A stretch of 64,000 nucleotides of DNA, taken from contig JBBTSB010000003.1 in NCBI GenBank assembly GCA_038064915.1, positions 13,395-77,394 on the forward strand. Direction: 5' to 3'. The notes under the pieces were generated by a model, which worked only from the letters and a program-made list of their open reading frames with translations, was not told where the DNA came from and searched no databases. The translations under genes were made by a program, and so were the position numbers. Positions 31,153-39,991 of this stretch are shown piece by piece (the first letter of the stretch is position 1; each line of letters begins with the position of its first letter). The stretch is from Patescibacteria group bacterium. GTDB lineage: Bacteria > Patescibacteriota > Minisyncoccia > 2-02-FULL-40-12 > IGHO2-01-FULL-4-A.

Positions 31153-31889
31153 AGGGCATTATCTTAGCCGGAGGAGCCGGGACTCGGCTTCATCCGCTCA
31201 CCAAAGTCACGAGCAAACAGCTTCTGCCGGTCTACAACAAGCCGATGATTTTTTATCCCCTTGAGACGCTCTTGAGCGGAGGGATCAAAGACATTCTGAT
31301 AATCATTGCGCCGGAGCGGGCAGGGGATTTTTTGAAGCTCCTGGGATCGGGGAGAGAATTTGGCGCAAAGTTTACCTACGAAATCCAAGACAAGCCCGAG
31401 GGTCTTGCACAAGCGTTCATTATCGGAGAAAAATTCATCGGCAAAGACAACGTCGCTATGATTTTGGGTGACAACATCTTTGAAGATGATTTTTCCAAAG
31501 AAATCAGAGCATTTAAAAAGGGCGGGCAAATTTTTGCCAAAAAAGTTTCAGATCCCGAGCGCTCCGGTGTAGTGAAATTTGACGCAAAGATGCGCGCAGT
31601 AAAGATAGTGGAAAAGCCTAAAGAATTTATTTCCCCTTATGCTATAACCGGTTTTTATTTATATGACAATCGTGTTGTGGAGGCGGCAAAACAGGCGAAA
31701 CCATCTGCGCGCGGTGAGCTTGAAATCACTGATCTTCACAATTGGTACTTGGCAAGAAATGAACTGAAGGTTAGTATGGTATCAGGCGAGTGGATCGATA
31801 CTGGAACGTTTGATTCGCTCGTCGCCGCAAATCTATGGGCGCAGAAAAAACTACAGGGATCATCTCGACCAAGCCGTGCAAAAAAGTAG
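31149..31889 (+). CDS. rfbA: glucose-1-phosphate thymidylyltransferase
   Basis: 'MKGIILAGGAGTRLHPLT' is the N-terminus, with an ATGA overlap onto rfbB. Confidence 0.85.
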   Translation: MKGIILAGGAGTRLHPLTKVTSKQLLPVYNKPMIFYPLETLLSGGIKDILIIIAPERAGDFLKLLGSGREFGAKFTYEIQDKPEGLAQAFIIGEKFIGKDNVAMILGDNIFEDDFSKEIRAFKKGGQIFAKKVSDPERSGVVKFDAKMRAVKIVEKPKEFISPYAITGFYLYDNRVVEAAKQAKPSARGELEITDLHNWYLARNELKVSMVSGEWIDTGTFDSLVAANLWAQKKLQGSSRPSRAKK

Positions 31890-32326
31890 CAACCAAACAC
31901 ACCGATGGAACGTCCAATGGGTGGCTCTTGGAAGTTCAGTCCGATCGTGACGGTTTCACCGATAAGATCATTGGTAATATCTACCTTACGGTTTTGCATC
32001 CCAAATCCGTCAAGGGCTACCACATCCACGCGGTTGCTTCATACCATGTGACCTGCTTGAAGGGGACAGTTCGATCGACGGTCTATCGGAGTCGAACGGA
32101 AAAAGAGACGATCGAATACGGCGATAACAATTTTATAACTATCAAATACCCGCCGGGATGCGCGCACCTGATCGAAAATCTGGGCGACGAACCGGCCTAT
32201 GTCATTATCTATCGCTATCCGGCGTGGAGTCGGGATTTGCCGGAACAGCTCGATGTTCCGCCGGAGGAAATTGAAACCGAAGCAACATGGGAAAACATAC
32301 AACAATTTATATCCCGTTTTTCCTAG
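31835..32326 (+). CDS. WxcM-like/FdtA-like cupin (second putative sugar ketoisomerase)
   Basis: 'GWLLEVQSDRDGF' and 'HIHAV' match a WxcM-type N-domain. The start overlaps rfbA by 55 nt. Confidence 0.45.
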   Translation: MGAEKTTGIISTKPCKKVATKHTDGTSNGWLLEVQSDRDGFTDKIIGNIYLTVLHPKSVKGYHIHAVASYHVTCLKGTVRSTVYRSRTEKETIEYGDNNFITIKYPPGCAHLIENLGDEPAYVIIYRYPAWSRDLPEQLDVPPEEIETEATWENIQQFISRFS

Positions 32327-33969
32327 GAATTTTTTTTGCTGTTGGTGTTCCATTTGCGTATGCGGACACGATTGGACAGCAGGAACTTTTTTCTATTGAT
32401 TCCCAGTACGATAGTAAAGGGAGAGCACAGGTCAACGCCACGCTTCATGCGGTCTCACAGAAAGCATATTTTTATGTTGCCGATGACTACTGGAATGCGC
32501 TTGATGCTACAGGCAGGACGAATTTGGAAAATTTGATGATAGGTATGGGCAATGAATTTGATACCAAGATATATCCTTTGGAAACGGGTTTCTTCGGGCT
32601 GGATCCGATTCCCGGCATTGATGGGGATCCACGCATTACCATGCTTCTTACTGCTCTGCGCTCCAATGTGGGGGGATACTTTGACAGCGCCCATGGCTAT
32701 TCCAAAACCACGGTTCCCTATTCGAATCAGCGGGAGATGTTGTACTTGAACACATCTCAGTTTAGCGACACTGCGCGCATGTATCCGTTCGTTGCACATG
32801 AGTTTCAGCACCTCATTTCGTTCAATCAAAAAGAACTCCTTCGCAATGTCAGCGACGATATCTGGCTCAATGAGCTTCGTTCGGAGTACGCCCCAACGTT
32901 GGTGGGATACAATCAAGTCTATCAAGGTTCAAATCTTCAGCGCCGCGTAAATTCATTTTTCCAGTATCCCTCGGACAGTTTGACCGACTGGCCCAATGAC
33001 CTTGCCGATTATGGGCAGGTAGGGACGTTGGGTGAATACATTGCGGAGCGGTGGTCCTCGCGCATTATTGCAGATACTCTTCCCACAACTGCCGCTGGAG
33101 CGAGAAGTTTGGATGAAGCGCTGATGAAAAATGGCTACTCACAATCGTTTGATGATCTCTTTGCGTCGTGGATGTTGGCGAATTTGCTCAATAACACCTC
33201 GCTCTCGCCGTTCTACGGATATTCTCGTCCAGAACTCGCTTCATTGCGCGTTGAACCGACCCAACGAATTCTTGGACTCAACGATACGACGGTGCTCTCA
33301 TTTCCTTTTAGTACCAAGGGCTGGGAACAGCGATGGTATGACATTCAAGCCCTTGCACCTTCGGAAAAGCCCATACTCAAAATAACCGCCAATACGTTTT
33401 CGGGTATAAGCAACGTGCGCATTCCGTATTTGGCATTTCGTGCCGACGGTACGACGGAATACCGCATGCTCTCGGGGATTTCCGGTTCCGGTGAGTTTAC
33501 GATTCCTGACATCGGTACAAGCGTAACCCGCATCATCTTGATGCCATATCTGCGTGTTAGCGGTGCGCTTGATATTTCGGTTCAGCGTGTTGACGAGAAA
33601 TCCCTGTTCGTATCTCCCGAGCAGTTTGGTCTCCATGAAGGCGACTTTATTCGCGCTGAAGGCGACAAAGATATCTACATTATTAATCAGTTTGGCTATA
33701 AGCGCATTGTCTTGAGTCCGCAGATATGTTTGCAGTACGGGCACTTGGGCGCGCGCGGATGTTTTAGTGCGGTTAAAATGGTGACTCCGGCAATTCGCGA
33801 TGCATTCAAGACATCACCATTCTATTCCAACGGAGAAACAAAAGATGGAAAAGTATATCAGCTGATCGAAACAGGAGAAGACAGCGCGTATCTCCAACTC
33901 GTCACTCACGTGCTCGACAACACCGTGTTCTTTATGAACACGCGCGAACAGAGAGCATACAGCCAGTAG
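32287..33969 (+). CDS. secreted zinc metallopeptidase (gluzincin; M30/hyicolysin-like)
   Basis: A signal peptide precedes 'HEFQHL' followed 21 aa later by 'WLNELRSEY', an HExxH + WLNE-type motif pair. Confidence 0.55.
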   Translation: MGKHTTIYIPFFLGIFFAVGVPFAYADTIGQQELFSIDSQYDSKGRAQVNATLHAVSQKAYFYVADDYWNALDATGRTNLENLMIGMGNEFDTKIYPLETGFFGLDPIPGIDGDPRITMLLTALRSNVGGYFDSAHGYSKTTVPYSNQREMLYLNTSQFSDTARMYPFVAHEFQHLISFNQKELLRNVSDDIWLNELRSEYAPTLVGYNQVYQGSNLQRRVNSFFQYPSDSLTDWPNDLADYGQVGTLGEYIAERWSSRIIADTLPTTAAGARSLDEALMKNGYSQSFDDLFASWMLANLLNNTSLSPFYGYSRPELASLRVEPTQRILGLNDTTVLSFPFSTKGWEQRWYDIQALAPSEKPILKITANTFSGISNVRIPYLAFRADGTTEYRMLSGISGSGEFTIPDIGTSVTRIILMPYLRVSGALDISVQRVDEKSLFVSPEQFGLHEGDFIRAEGDKDIYIINQFGYKRIVLSPQICLQYGHLGARGCFSAVKMVTPAIRDAFKTSPFYSNGETKDGKVYQLIETGEDSAYLQLVTHVLDNTVFFMNTREQRAYSQ

Positions 33970-33988
33970 GAAACCCTAAGCACGAAAT

Positions 33989-34006
33989 CCTAAATACTAA
34001 ACAAAT
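33989..34006 (+). repeat. left arm of inverted repeat (TTTAG-word based)
   Basis: CCTAAATACTAAACAAAT is the reverse complement of ATTTGTTTAGTATTTAGG. Confidence 0.45.
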
Positions 34007-34061
34007 TCAAAAAGTTCAAGACTCCAAAACCCATGCATCAGTTATAATCCTAGGTGGAGGC

Positions 34062-35381
34062 TTGGCAGGTTTGTCGCTTGCTGTAAATTTGGTTGATCGG
34101 GGCTTTGCTGTTCATGTTTTGGAGAAAAAATCTAATTTGGGCGGAAGAGCAAGTAGTACTACAGATCATAAAACACATGATCCAGTACCAATTGGGCCTC
34201 ATATTTTTGTAAAGGGGTACAAATTTTTTCATAATTTTTTGCACAAAATTGGTGCTCGAGAAGCTATTGTTTGGGAAAGAAATCTTTTCCTTGAACTGAT
34301 AAACGATGAGCATCATTTTCAATTCAAGATGTCGGATTTGCCCACCTCCATTTTACGACTTCCAAAATTATTCAAGTACCCTTTTATCAGTTTTCGAGAT
34401 AAAATCAGCAACATTAAATTTATTGTTCAAGTTATTTTTTCAACACGGGCAAAAATAGACAAACTTGATGAAATATCAGCAGATCAGTATCTTATTTCTC
34501 GGGGCGTCAGTAACAACTCAATCAACTTTATGTGGAGATTTTTTGTTCTAAGCATGCTCAATGTACCCATAGAACAATGTTCTGCTTCCGAATTATGCCA
34601 TTTGGTGAAATCTTGGATTGAAATGGAAAAGAGGCAAATTGGATTTGCAAAGGTTGGTTTGGGCGATGTATATACACAGAAGGCCACCGAATATATCACA
34701 TCTCGAGGTGGCATTATAAGTAGAAATACGGAAATAAAAGAAATTGTTTTTAACAATGACGAAGTTGATCATTTAGTGATAGAAAGTGGTGGTTCAAAAA
34801 CAGAGCTGATATCGGATATCTATGTATCAGCATTGAACCCGATTCAATTACGAGAACTGTTGTCAGAAGACATTTTGAAAAAATATTTCTTCAATCATTT
34901 GGAAGCTTTTGCAGGGGTTCCGTATTTTTCGGTAAATCTATGGTTTGATGGGAAGATTACTCATAAAAAGTTTTGGGCACTTCTTGATGATTCAAAACAG
35001 GCAAAATACTTTAATACGGATTTTTACGATTTGAGCAATATATACGAAACTCGTAGAGGAAATTCCTACATTGCGAGCAATGTTATTTATAGTAAGGCCT
35101 ATGATAATTTTTCAGATCATGATATTGTCGAAAAGACATTACAAGAACTTCGCATTGTTTTTCCTCATATGAAGGCAAACCTTCTTCATTCTCATATTCA
35201 TAGGATTCCTTATGTTATCTACGCACCATATCCAGGAATGAGAAAGCATAGGCTTTCTCACAAAACACCCGTAAAAAATTTATATCTTTGTGGAGATTGG
35301 ATCAATCGGTATACTCCCCAAAGTATGGAGGCGGCCGTGCAAAGTGGCTATGAATGTGCAAGTATTATTTGTAGCTTATGA
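34062..35381 (+). CDS. FAD-dependent oxidoreductase (amine-oxidase/HpnE/phytoene-desaturase-like); N-terminus displaced
   Basis: The Rossmann 'VIILGGGLAGLS' lies in-frame upstream of the annotated TTG with no in-frame ATG. The ATG at 34033 is in another frame. The C-terminus 'LYLCGDW' is a typical flavin amine-oxidase motif. Confidence 0.65.
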   Translation: MAGLSLAVNLVDRGFAVHVLEKKSNLGGRASSTTDHKTHDPVPIGPHIFVKGYKFFHNFLHKIGAREAIVWERNLFLELINDEHHFQFKMSDLPTSILRLPKLFKYPFISFRDKISNIKFIVQVIFSTRAKIDKLDEISADQYLISRGVSNNSINFMWRFFVLSMLNVPIEQCSASELCHLVKSWIEMEKRQIGFAKVGLGDVYTQKATEYITSRGGIISRNTEIKEIVFNNDEVDHLVIESGGSKTELISDIYVSALNPIQLRELLSEDILKKYFFNHLEAFAGVPYFSVNLWFDGKITHKKFWALLDDSKQAKYFNTDFYDLSNIYETRRGNSYIASNVIYSKAYDNFSDHDIVEKTLQELRIVFPHMKANLLHSHIHRIPYVIYAPYPGMRKHRLSHKTPVKNLYLCGDWINRYTPQSMEAAVQSGYECASIICSL

Positions 35382-35416
35382 TTTGTTTAGAGTTTAGAAA
35401 TTAGTATTTAGAATTT
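35381..35416 (+). repeat. right arm of inverted repeat with 14-nt internal expansion
   Basis: ATTTGTTTAG-agtttagaaattag-TATTTAGAATTT matches rc(left arm) in the 10-mer and the 12-mer. Confidence 0.45.
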
Positions 35417-36349
35417 ATGCATATCCTCATTACCGGTGGGGCGGGGTTTGTCGGGAGTCACTTGTGCGAGCGATTACTTGCCGATGGGCACAAGGTGATT
35501 TGTCTGGACAACCTTCTCACCGGAAGTAAAAAAAATATCGAGCATCTTTTGGATGATAAGAATTTTTCATTTGTCGAACATGACATCATCGAGCCGTGGT
35601 TTTACGAAGAACATATTGATCAAATCTACAATCTTGCCTGTCCCGCAAGTCCCGTGCAGTATCAAAAAAATGCCATCCGCACGATCAAGGCAAATACGAT
35701 CGGTATTATCAATGTTCTCGGACTTGCGCGCAAACATCAAGCGCGCATTTTGCAAGCCTCAACTTCAGAAGTGTATGGAGATCCGCTTGAACATCCGCAG
35801 ACGGAGTCGTATCGTGGCAATGTGAATCCCATTGGTCCTCGCGCATGTTATGACGAGGGGAAACGCGTTGCAGAGACGCTCATGTTTGACTATCACCGCA
35901 TGCACGGCATGGAAATCCGTGTAGCGCGTATTTTCAACACGTACGGTCCGCGCATGGCGAGCGATGATGGGCGTGTTGTTTCAAATTTTGTTGTCCAAGC
36001 CCTGCAAAACCAACCGGTGACGATCTACGGAGATGGCACGCAGACTCGATCGTTCTGTTACGTTTCCGATATGGTGGACGGTTTGATTGCGCTGATGAAC
36101 TCGGATATTACCGGACCCGTCAATTTGGGAAATCCCAACGAGATGACCGTGCTCGAGATCGCAAAAAAAATTCTTACGCTCACCAATTCACAATCCGAAA
36201 TCATTTTTCAAAAACTTCCCGAAGACGATCCGCGCCAGCGATGCCCGGATATCGCGCTCGCGAAAGAAAAATTATTTTGGGACCCAAAAATTTCTCTGGA
36301 AGAGGGTTTAAAAAAAGTTATCCACTTTTTTTCTGTCACAAAAAATTAA
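35417..36349 (+). CDS. UDP-glucuronate decarboxylase (UDP-xylose synthase)-like SDR
   Basis: '[14 protein letters not shown]' and 'YDEGKR' are present, and the product is 310 aa. Confidence 0.8.
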   Translation: MHILITGGAGFVGSHLCERLLADGHKVICLDNLLTGSKKNIEHLLDDKNFSFVEHDIIEPWFYEEHIDQIYNLACPASPVQYQKNAIRTIKANTIGIINVLGLARKHQARILQASTSEVYGDPLEHPQTESYRGNVNPIGPRACYDEGKRVAETLMFDYHRMHGMEIRVARIFNTYGPRMASDDGRVVSNFVVQALQNQPVTIYGDGTQTRSFCYVSDMVDGLIALMNSDITGPVNLGNPNEMTVLEIAKKILTLTNSQSEIIFQKLPEDDPRQRCPDIALAKEKLFWDPKISLEEGLKKVIHFFSVTKN

Positions 36350-36409
36350 AATGATCTAAAATAATATAAGCAAAGGTCGAATATCATCTCAATAATTTTT
36401 TTCAAAAAA

Positions 36410-36463
36410 ATGGCAAAAAAGAAAAAGGCAAAGAAGGCGAAGAAGACAAAAAAGCGCCGATAA
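36410..36463 (+). CDS. 17-aa lysine-rich micro-ORF (MAKKKKAKKAKKTKKRR)
   Basis: This is an ATG-started ORF with no clear SD. A strong terminator follows immediately. Confidence 0.2.
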   Translation: MAKKKKAKKAKKTKKRR

Positions 36464-36470
36464 AAATTTT

Positions 36471-36499
36471 CCCCGCCCCCTAGGCGGGGAGTTTTTTTT
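36471..36499 (+). terminator. rho-independent terminator
   Basis: CCCCGCC-CCCTA-GGCGGGG is followed by AGTTTTTTTTA. Confidence 0.65.
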
Positions 36500-36500
36500 A

Positions 36501-36509
36501 TGCTATCCT
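36501..36509 (+). promoter_or_regulatory. extended -10 element TGCTATCCT in 'TTTTTATGCTA' context
   Basis: It lies 6 nt upstream of the hpf ATG, directly after the terminator T-tract. Confidence 0.3.
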
Positions 36510-36515
36510 CAAAGC

Positions 36516-36848
36516 ATGAAAATCATGATTCATGGCCTCAATATGGAACTCACTCCGAGTATTTCGGAGCATGTAGAGGAAAAAATAGGAGCGCTGGAAA
36601 GCCATCTTGATCCAAAGCATTCGGCGCTTGCGGAAGCACGTGTCGAGGTTGGGAAAGAAACCAAGCATCATATCAAAGGTAATATTTTTTATGCAGAGGT
36701 AAATGTAAAAATGGGAGGAGAATTTTATCGTGCAACGGCACGACATGAAGATTTATATGCCGCGGTCAATGAAGTGCAAAGCGATCTCGAGCGGCAGTTG
36801 CAAAAACATAAAACAAAACATGAGCCTTCTCGGAAAACTATTCGGTGA
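36516..36848 (+). CDS. hpf: ribosome hibernation promoting factor (HPF/RaiA)
   Basis: The 110-aa product includes 'MIHGLNMELTPSISEHVEEK'. Confidence 0.85.
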   Translation: MKIMIHGLNMELTPSISEHVEEKIGALESHLDPKHSALAEARVEVGKETKHHIKGNIFYAEVNVKMGGEFYRATARHEDLYAAVNEVQSDLERQLQKHKTKHEPSRKTIR

Positions 36849-39288
36849 TGCTAATCGACGCACGGTAGCCAGATACCAGAATACCGTCGATCGCATCAAC
36901 GCAGTACAAACGCCTCCCTCAACAGAAACGTTACGGGAGCGTTTTTCGCGTGGTGAGTCACTGGACGATCTCCTGCCGGAGGCTTTTGCCGCCGTTCGCG
37001 AAGCTGCGACCCGCACTCTCAAGCAACGCCACTACGACGTCCAGTTGATGGGTGGTATCGCACTGCACCAGGGAACCATTTCTGAAATGAAAACCGGGGA
37101 AGGGAAAACGCTTGTAGCGACTCTCGCTGCCTATCTCAATGCACTGCCAGGTCGGGGAGTGCATGTGGTGACTGTCAATGATTATCTCGCTCGCCGTGAT
37201 GCGACGTGGATGGGACATGTCTATCATGAGCTTGGACTTTCCGTTGGGTGTATTAACCACGAAGCAAGCTATCTGTATGATCCGTCTCATGTGAAAGATG
37301 AACATGTGGAAACAGAAAACTTTCGTGTCGAACACGAATTCTTGCGGCCCGTCACGCGCAGGGAGGCTTACGCCGCTGATGTTACCTACGGGACAAACAA
37401 CGAGTATGGATTTGACTACCTGCGTGACAACATGGTGTATCGTATTGATCAAATGGTCCAGCGCGGCCATGCCTACGCCATTGTTGATGAGATCGACTCT
37501 ATCTTGATTGACGAAGCACGTACGCCCCTCATTATTTCCGCACCCGATGAAGATTCCGGAAAACTTTATCAAACATTTGCCCGTGTCGTGCCATCACTTG
37601 TTGTAGATGCGGATTATACCATCGATGAAAAACTCAAAGCTGTAAGCATCACGGAAGCCGGCATTGAAAAGATAGAAAAAATATTGAACATCAAGAATAT
37701 CTATGAAGAAGGAGGCACCCGTTACGTTCATCATCTCCAGCAAGCACTGAAAGCACAAGTGCTTTTTCACAAGGACAAGGAGTATGTGGTCAAAGATGGA
37801 GAGGTGATCATCGTGGATGAATTTACCGGTCGTCTCATGCCTGGTCGTCGCTGGTCCGAAGGCCTGCACCAAGCAGTGGAGGCGAAGGAAGGGGTACTCA
37901 TTCAAAAAGAGTCGCGGACGCTGGCAACTATCACGTTTCAAAACTATTTCAGATTGTATGAAAAACTTTCCGGAATGACGGGAACCGCGCAAACCTCTGC
38001 GGAAGAATTTCATAAAGTGTACGGCATCGATGTTGTGAGTATTCCCACCAATCGTCCAATGGTTCGCAAGGACGAAACCGACCGGATCTATAAAACGGAG
38101 GCGGGCAAATTTCGAGCCATCGCCGCCGAAGTCAAAAAACGTCATGATCAAGGCCAGCCGATTTTGATAGGTACGGTTTCGATCGCAAAAAACGAAATGC
38201 TTTCCTCGCTCTTGGAGAGCGAGGGTGTTCGACACAATGTACTCAACGCAAAAAATCATGAGCGTGAAGCGGAATTTATTGCACAGGCAGGAAAGCACGG
38301 AGCAGTGACGGTTGCTACCAACCTTGCCGGCCGTGGCGTGGATATCATCCTCGGAGGAAACCCCACTTCGCCCGACGAAGCGAACAAAGTTCGCGAGGTC
38401 GGGGGACTCCATGTGATCGGTACCGAACGCCACGAAGCGCGCCGCATCGACAACCAGCTGCGTGGCCGCGCTGGACGACAGGGCGATCCTGGCAGTTCGC
38501 AATTTTTTGTTTCCGCGGAAGATGAGGTGGTGCGTATTTTCGGCGGTGATCGTCTCAAAAATCTCATGGAGCGTCTTGGCGTCAGAGAAGATGAAGTAAT
38601 CGAAAACAAGTTTGTGGCTCGCGCGATTGAGCAAGCGCAAAGCAAAATCGAGGGTCATCACTTTGATTCTCGCAAACATGTACTAGAGTACGATGATGTC
38701 ATGAATAAGCACCGTACGGCGATTTACAAACTTCGCAATGAGGTCATGCGATCCGAGAATATCAAAGATATCGTAGTTGGATATATCGAACACGAACGAG
38801 AACAGGCTCAGCAAACTCTTGAACGAGAACCTGATAACAAGCTTGCAGAAGAATTTCTCGCCGCCCACACCTCGGAACGCTATGAAGAGCGTGAAAAAGA
38901 ACTTGGTGCAGAAGCGATGCGCAATTTGGAAAAAACCGTCGTGCTTCGTGTGATCGATGAGCTTTGGGTGGATCACCTTGAGCAAATGGAATATCTGCGC
39001 GACTCCGTCCGTTTGCGCGCCTACGGTCAACGCGATCCCCTCGTGGAGTATAAAATAGAGGGACAAAAAATGTTCAACCAGCTCGAAGCGGCGATTCAAT
39101 CGCAAGTAGCAGATTTGGTATTCAAGGTAGGTATCGTCCAACAGCCCAAGCCGACAGCAGTGAAACTCATGCAACAGGAAGTCAGCCGACGCGCCTCTGT
39201 ACCTGCCCCTTCTTCAGACAAAGTAGGCCGAAACGACCCCTGTCCATGCGGTTCGGGTAAGAAGTACAAAAAATGTCATGGAATATAA
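36820..39288 (+). CDS. secA: preprotein translocase ATPase SecA
   Basis: 'MSLLGKLFGD' is the N-terminus. 'MKTGEGKTLVATL' is Walker A. The C-terminal zinc finger is 'CPCGSGKKYKKCHG'. The gene overlaps hpf by 29 nt. Confidence 0.95.
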   Translation: MSLLGKLFGDANRRTVARYQNTVDRINAVQTPPSTETLRERFSRGESLDDLLPEAFAAVREAATRTLKQRHYDVQLMGGIALHQGTISEMKTGEGKTLVATLAAYLNALPGRGVHVVTVNDYLARRDATWMGHVYHELGLSVGCINHEASYLYDPSHVKDEHVETENFRVEHEFLRPVTRREAYAADVTYGTNNEYGFDYLRDNMVYRIDQMVQRGHAYAIVDEIDSILIDEARTPLIISAPDEDSGKLYQTFARVVPSLVVDADYTIDEKLKAVSITEAGIEKIEKILNIKNIYEEGGTRYVHHLQQALKAQVLFHKDKEYVVKDGEVIIVDEFTGRLMPGRRWSEGLHQAVEAKEGVLIQKESRTLATITFQNYFRLYEKLSGMTGTAQTSAEEFHKVYGIDVVSIPTNRPMVRKDETDRIYKTEAGKFRAIAAEVKKRHDQGQPILIGTVSIAKNEMLSSLLESEGVRHNVLNAKNHEREAEFIAQAGKHGAVTVATNLAGRGVDIILGGNPTSPDEANKVREVGGLHVIGTERHEARRIDNQLRGRAGRQGDPGSSQFFVSAEDEVVRIFGGDRLKNLMERLGVREDEVIENKFVARAIEQAQSKIEGHHFDSRKHVLEYDDVMNKHRTAIYKLRNEVMRSENIKDIVVGYIEHEREQAQQTLEREPDNKLAEEFLAAHTSERYEEREKELGAEAMRNLEKTVVLRVIDELWVDHLEQMEYLRDSVRLRAYGQRDPLVEYKIEGQKMFNQLEAAIQSQVADLVFKVGIVQQPKPTAVKLMQQEVSRRASVPAPSSDKVGRNDPCPCGSGKKYKKCHGI

Positions 39289-39383
39289 GTATTGTCAAGT
39301 GTCAGGTGAGTTATCCACAGCCGTCTTAGTATGCATAGGGTCGAGTAATAGTGGTTTATTGACATTACATAACAACCATATTT

Positions 39384-39539
39384 GTGAAGAGCGTTCTTGA
39401 TCTTAATGCACGTGGTGAAGGAACGGTAACCAATGACGATGATCCTGAAACCTCATTCGACGGAAATGCCAACGCCAGTGAGCGTGCCAAGGCAGAAGTA
39501 AATGCTGAAGCTGATGCCGATATAGATGTAGACTTGTAA
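39384..39539 (+). CDS. small acidic ORF (GTG start), possible peptide or non-coding
   Basis: A 51-codon ORF ends '...EADADIDVDL*' and is followed by a hairpin plus T-tract. No SD is present. Confidence 0.2.
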   Translation: MKSVLDLNARGEGTVTNDDDPETSFDGNANASERAKAEVNAEADADIDVDL

Positions 39540-39547
39540 CGAATTTC

Positions 39548-39584
39548 AAAACCCCTCGCCCCCGTTGGGGGGTTTTGTGTTTTG
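39548..39584 (+). terminator. hairpin plus T-tract, terminator-like
   Basis: AAAACCCC...CCCCCgttGGGGGGTTTT is followed by GTGTTTTG. Confidence 0.4.
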
Positions 39585-39636
39585 CGGGATTCTGTGGTAT
39601 TGATTCAGTAACCCCCCACCGACGAAAGGAGACCAC

Positions 39637-39900
39637 GTGATCCTCGAAAGGATTCGGAAACTGATCAAGCCCGAGCCCGAACAGAAGCGTACGCTCGAGC
39701 GAACGACGCTTCCCATCACGAGCATGTACCATGAGAAGCGCATCTTCACCGTCACGGTCTCATTCGATGACGGAGCCACGCTGATCCTTCCGGTTCAAGC
39801 ACATCCCTACGAGCTGTTCAAGGTGGGCCACCGGATTGAAGTGGCCTACTACACCACGCATGACGGCAAGCATCACGCCGTCAGGTGGACTGGCAAGTGA
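39637..39900 (+). CDS. hypothetical 87-aa protein on GC-rich island
   Basis: 'GGAGA' precedes the GTG/ATG start. Local GC is about 58%. Poly-C and poly-G runs flank the island. Confidence 0.35.
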   Translation: MILERIRKLIKPEPEQKRTLERTTLPITSMYHEKRIFTVTVSFDDGATLILPVQAHPYELFKVGHRIEVAYYTTHDGKHHAVRWTGK

Positions 39901-39973
39901 GGGGGGGCGAGTTCCAGGCGGGGCCGTGCGATCCACGTCCCTGCCACACCCCTATATCAATAAGTTTAAAGTA

Positions 39974-39982
39974 TGGTATAAT
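39974..39982 (+). promoter_or_regulatory. extended -10 promoter TGGTATAAT (near-leaderless dsbA transcript)
   Basis: A consensus TGnTATAAT sits 9 nt before the ATG at 39992. Confidence 0.5.
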
Positions 39983-39991
39983 CACATTCCT

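Noticed and set aside
37594-38679. 361-aa and other minus-strand ORFs inside secA
   Set aside because: They are antisense to a highly conserved SecA reading frame.
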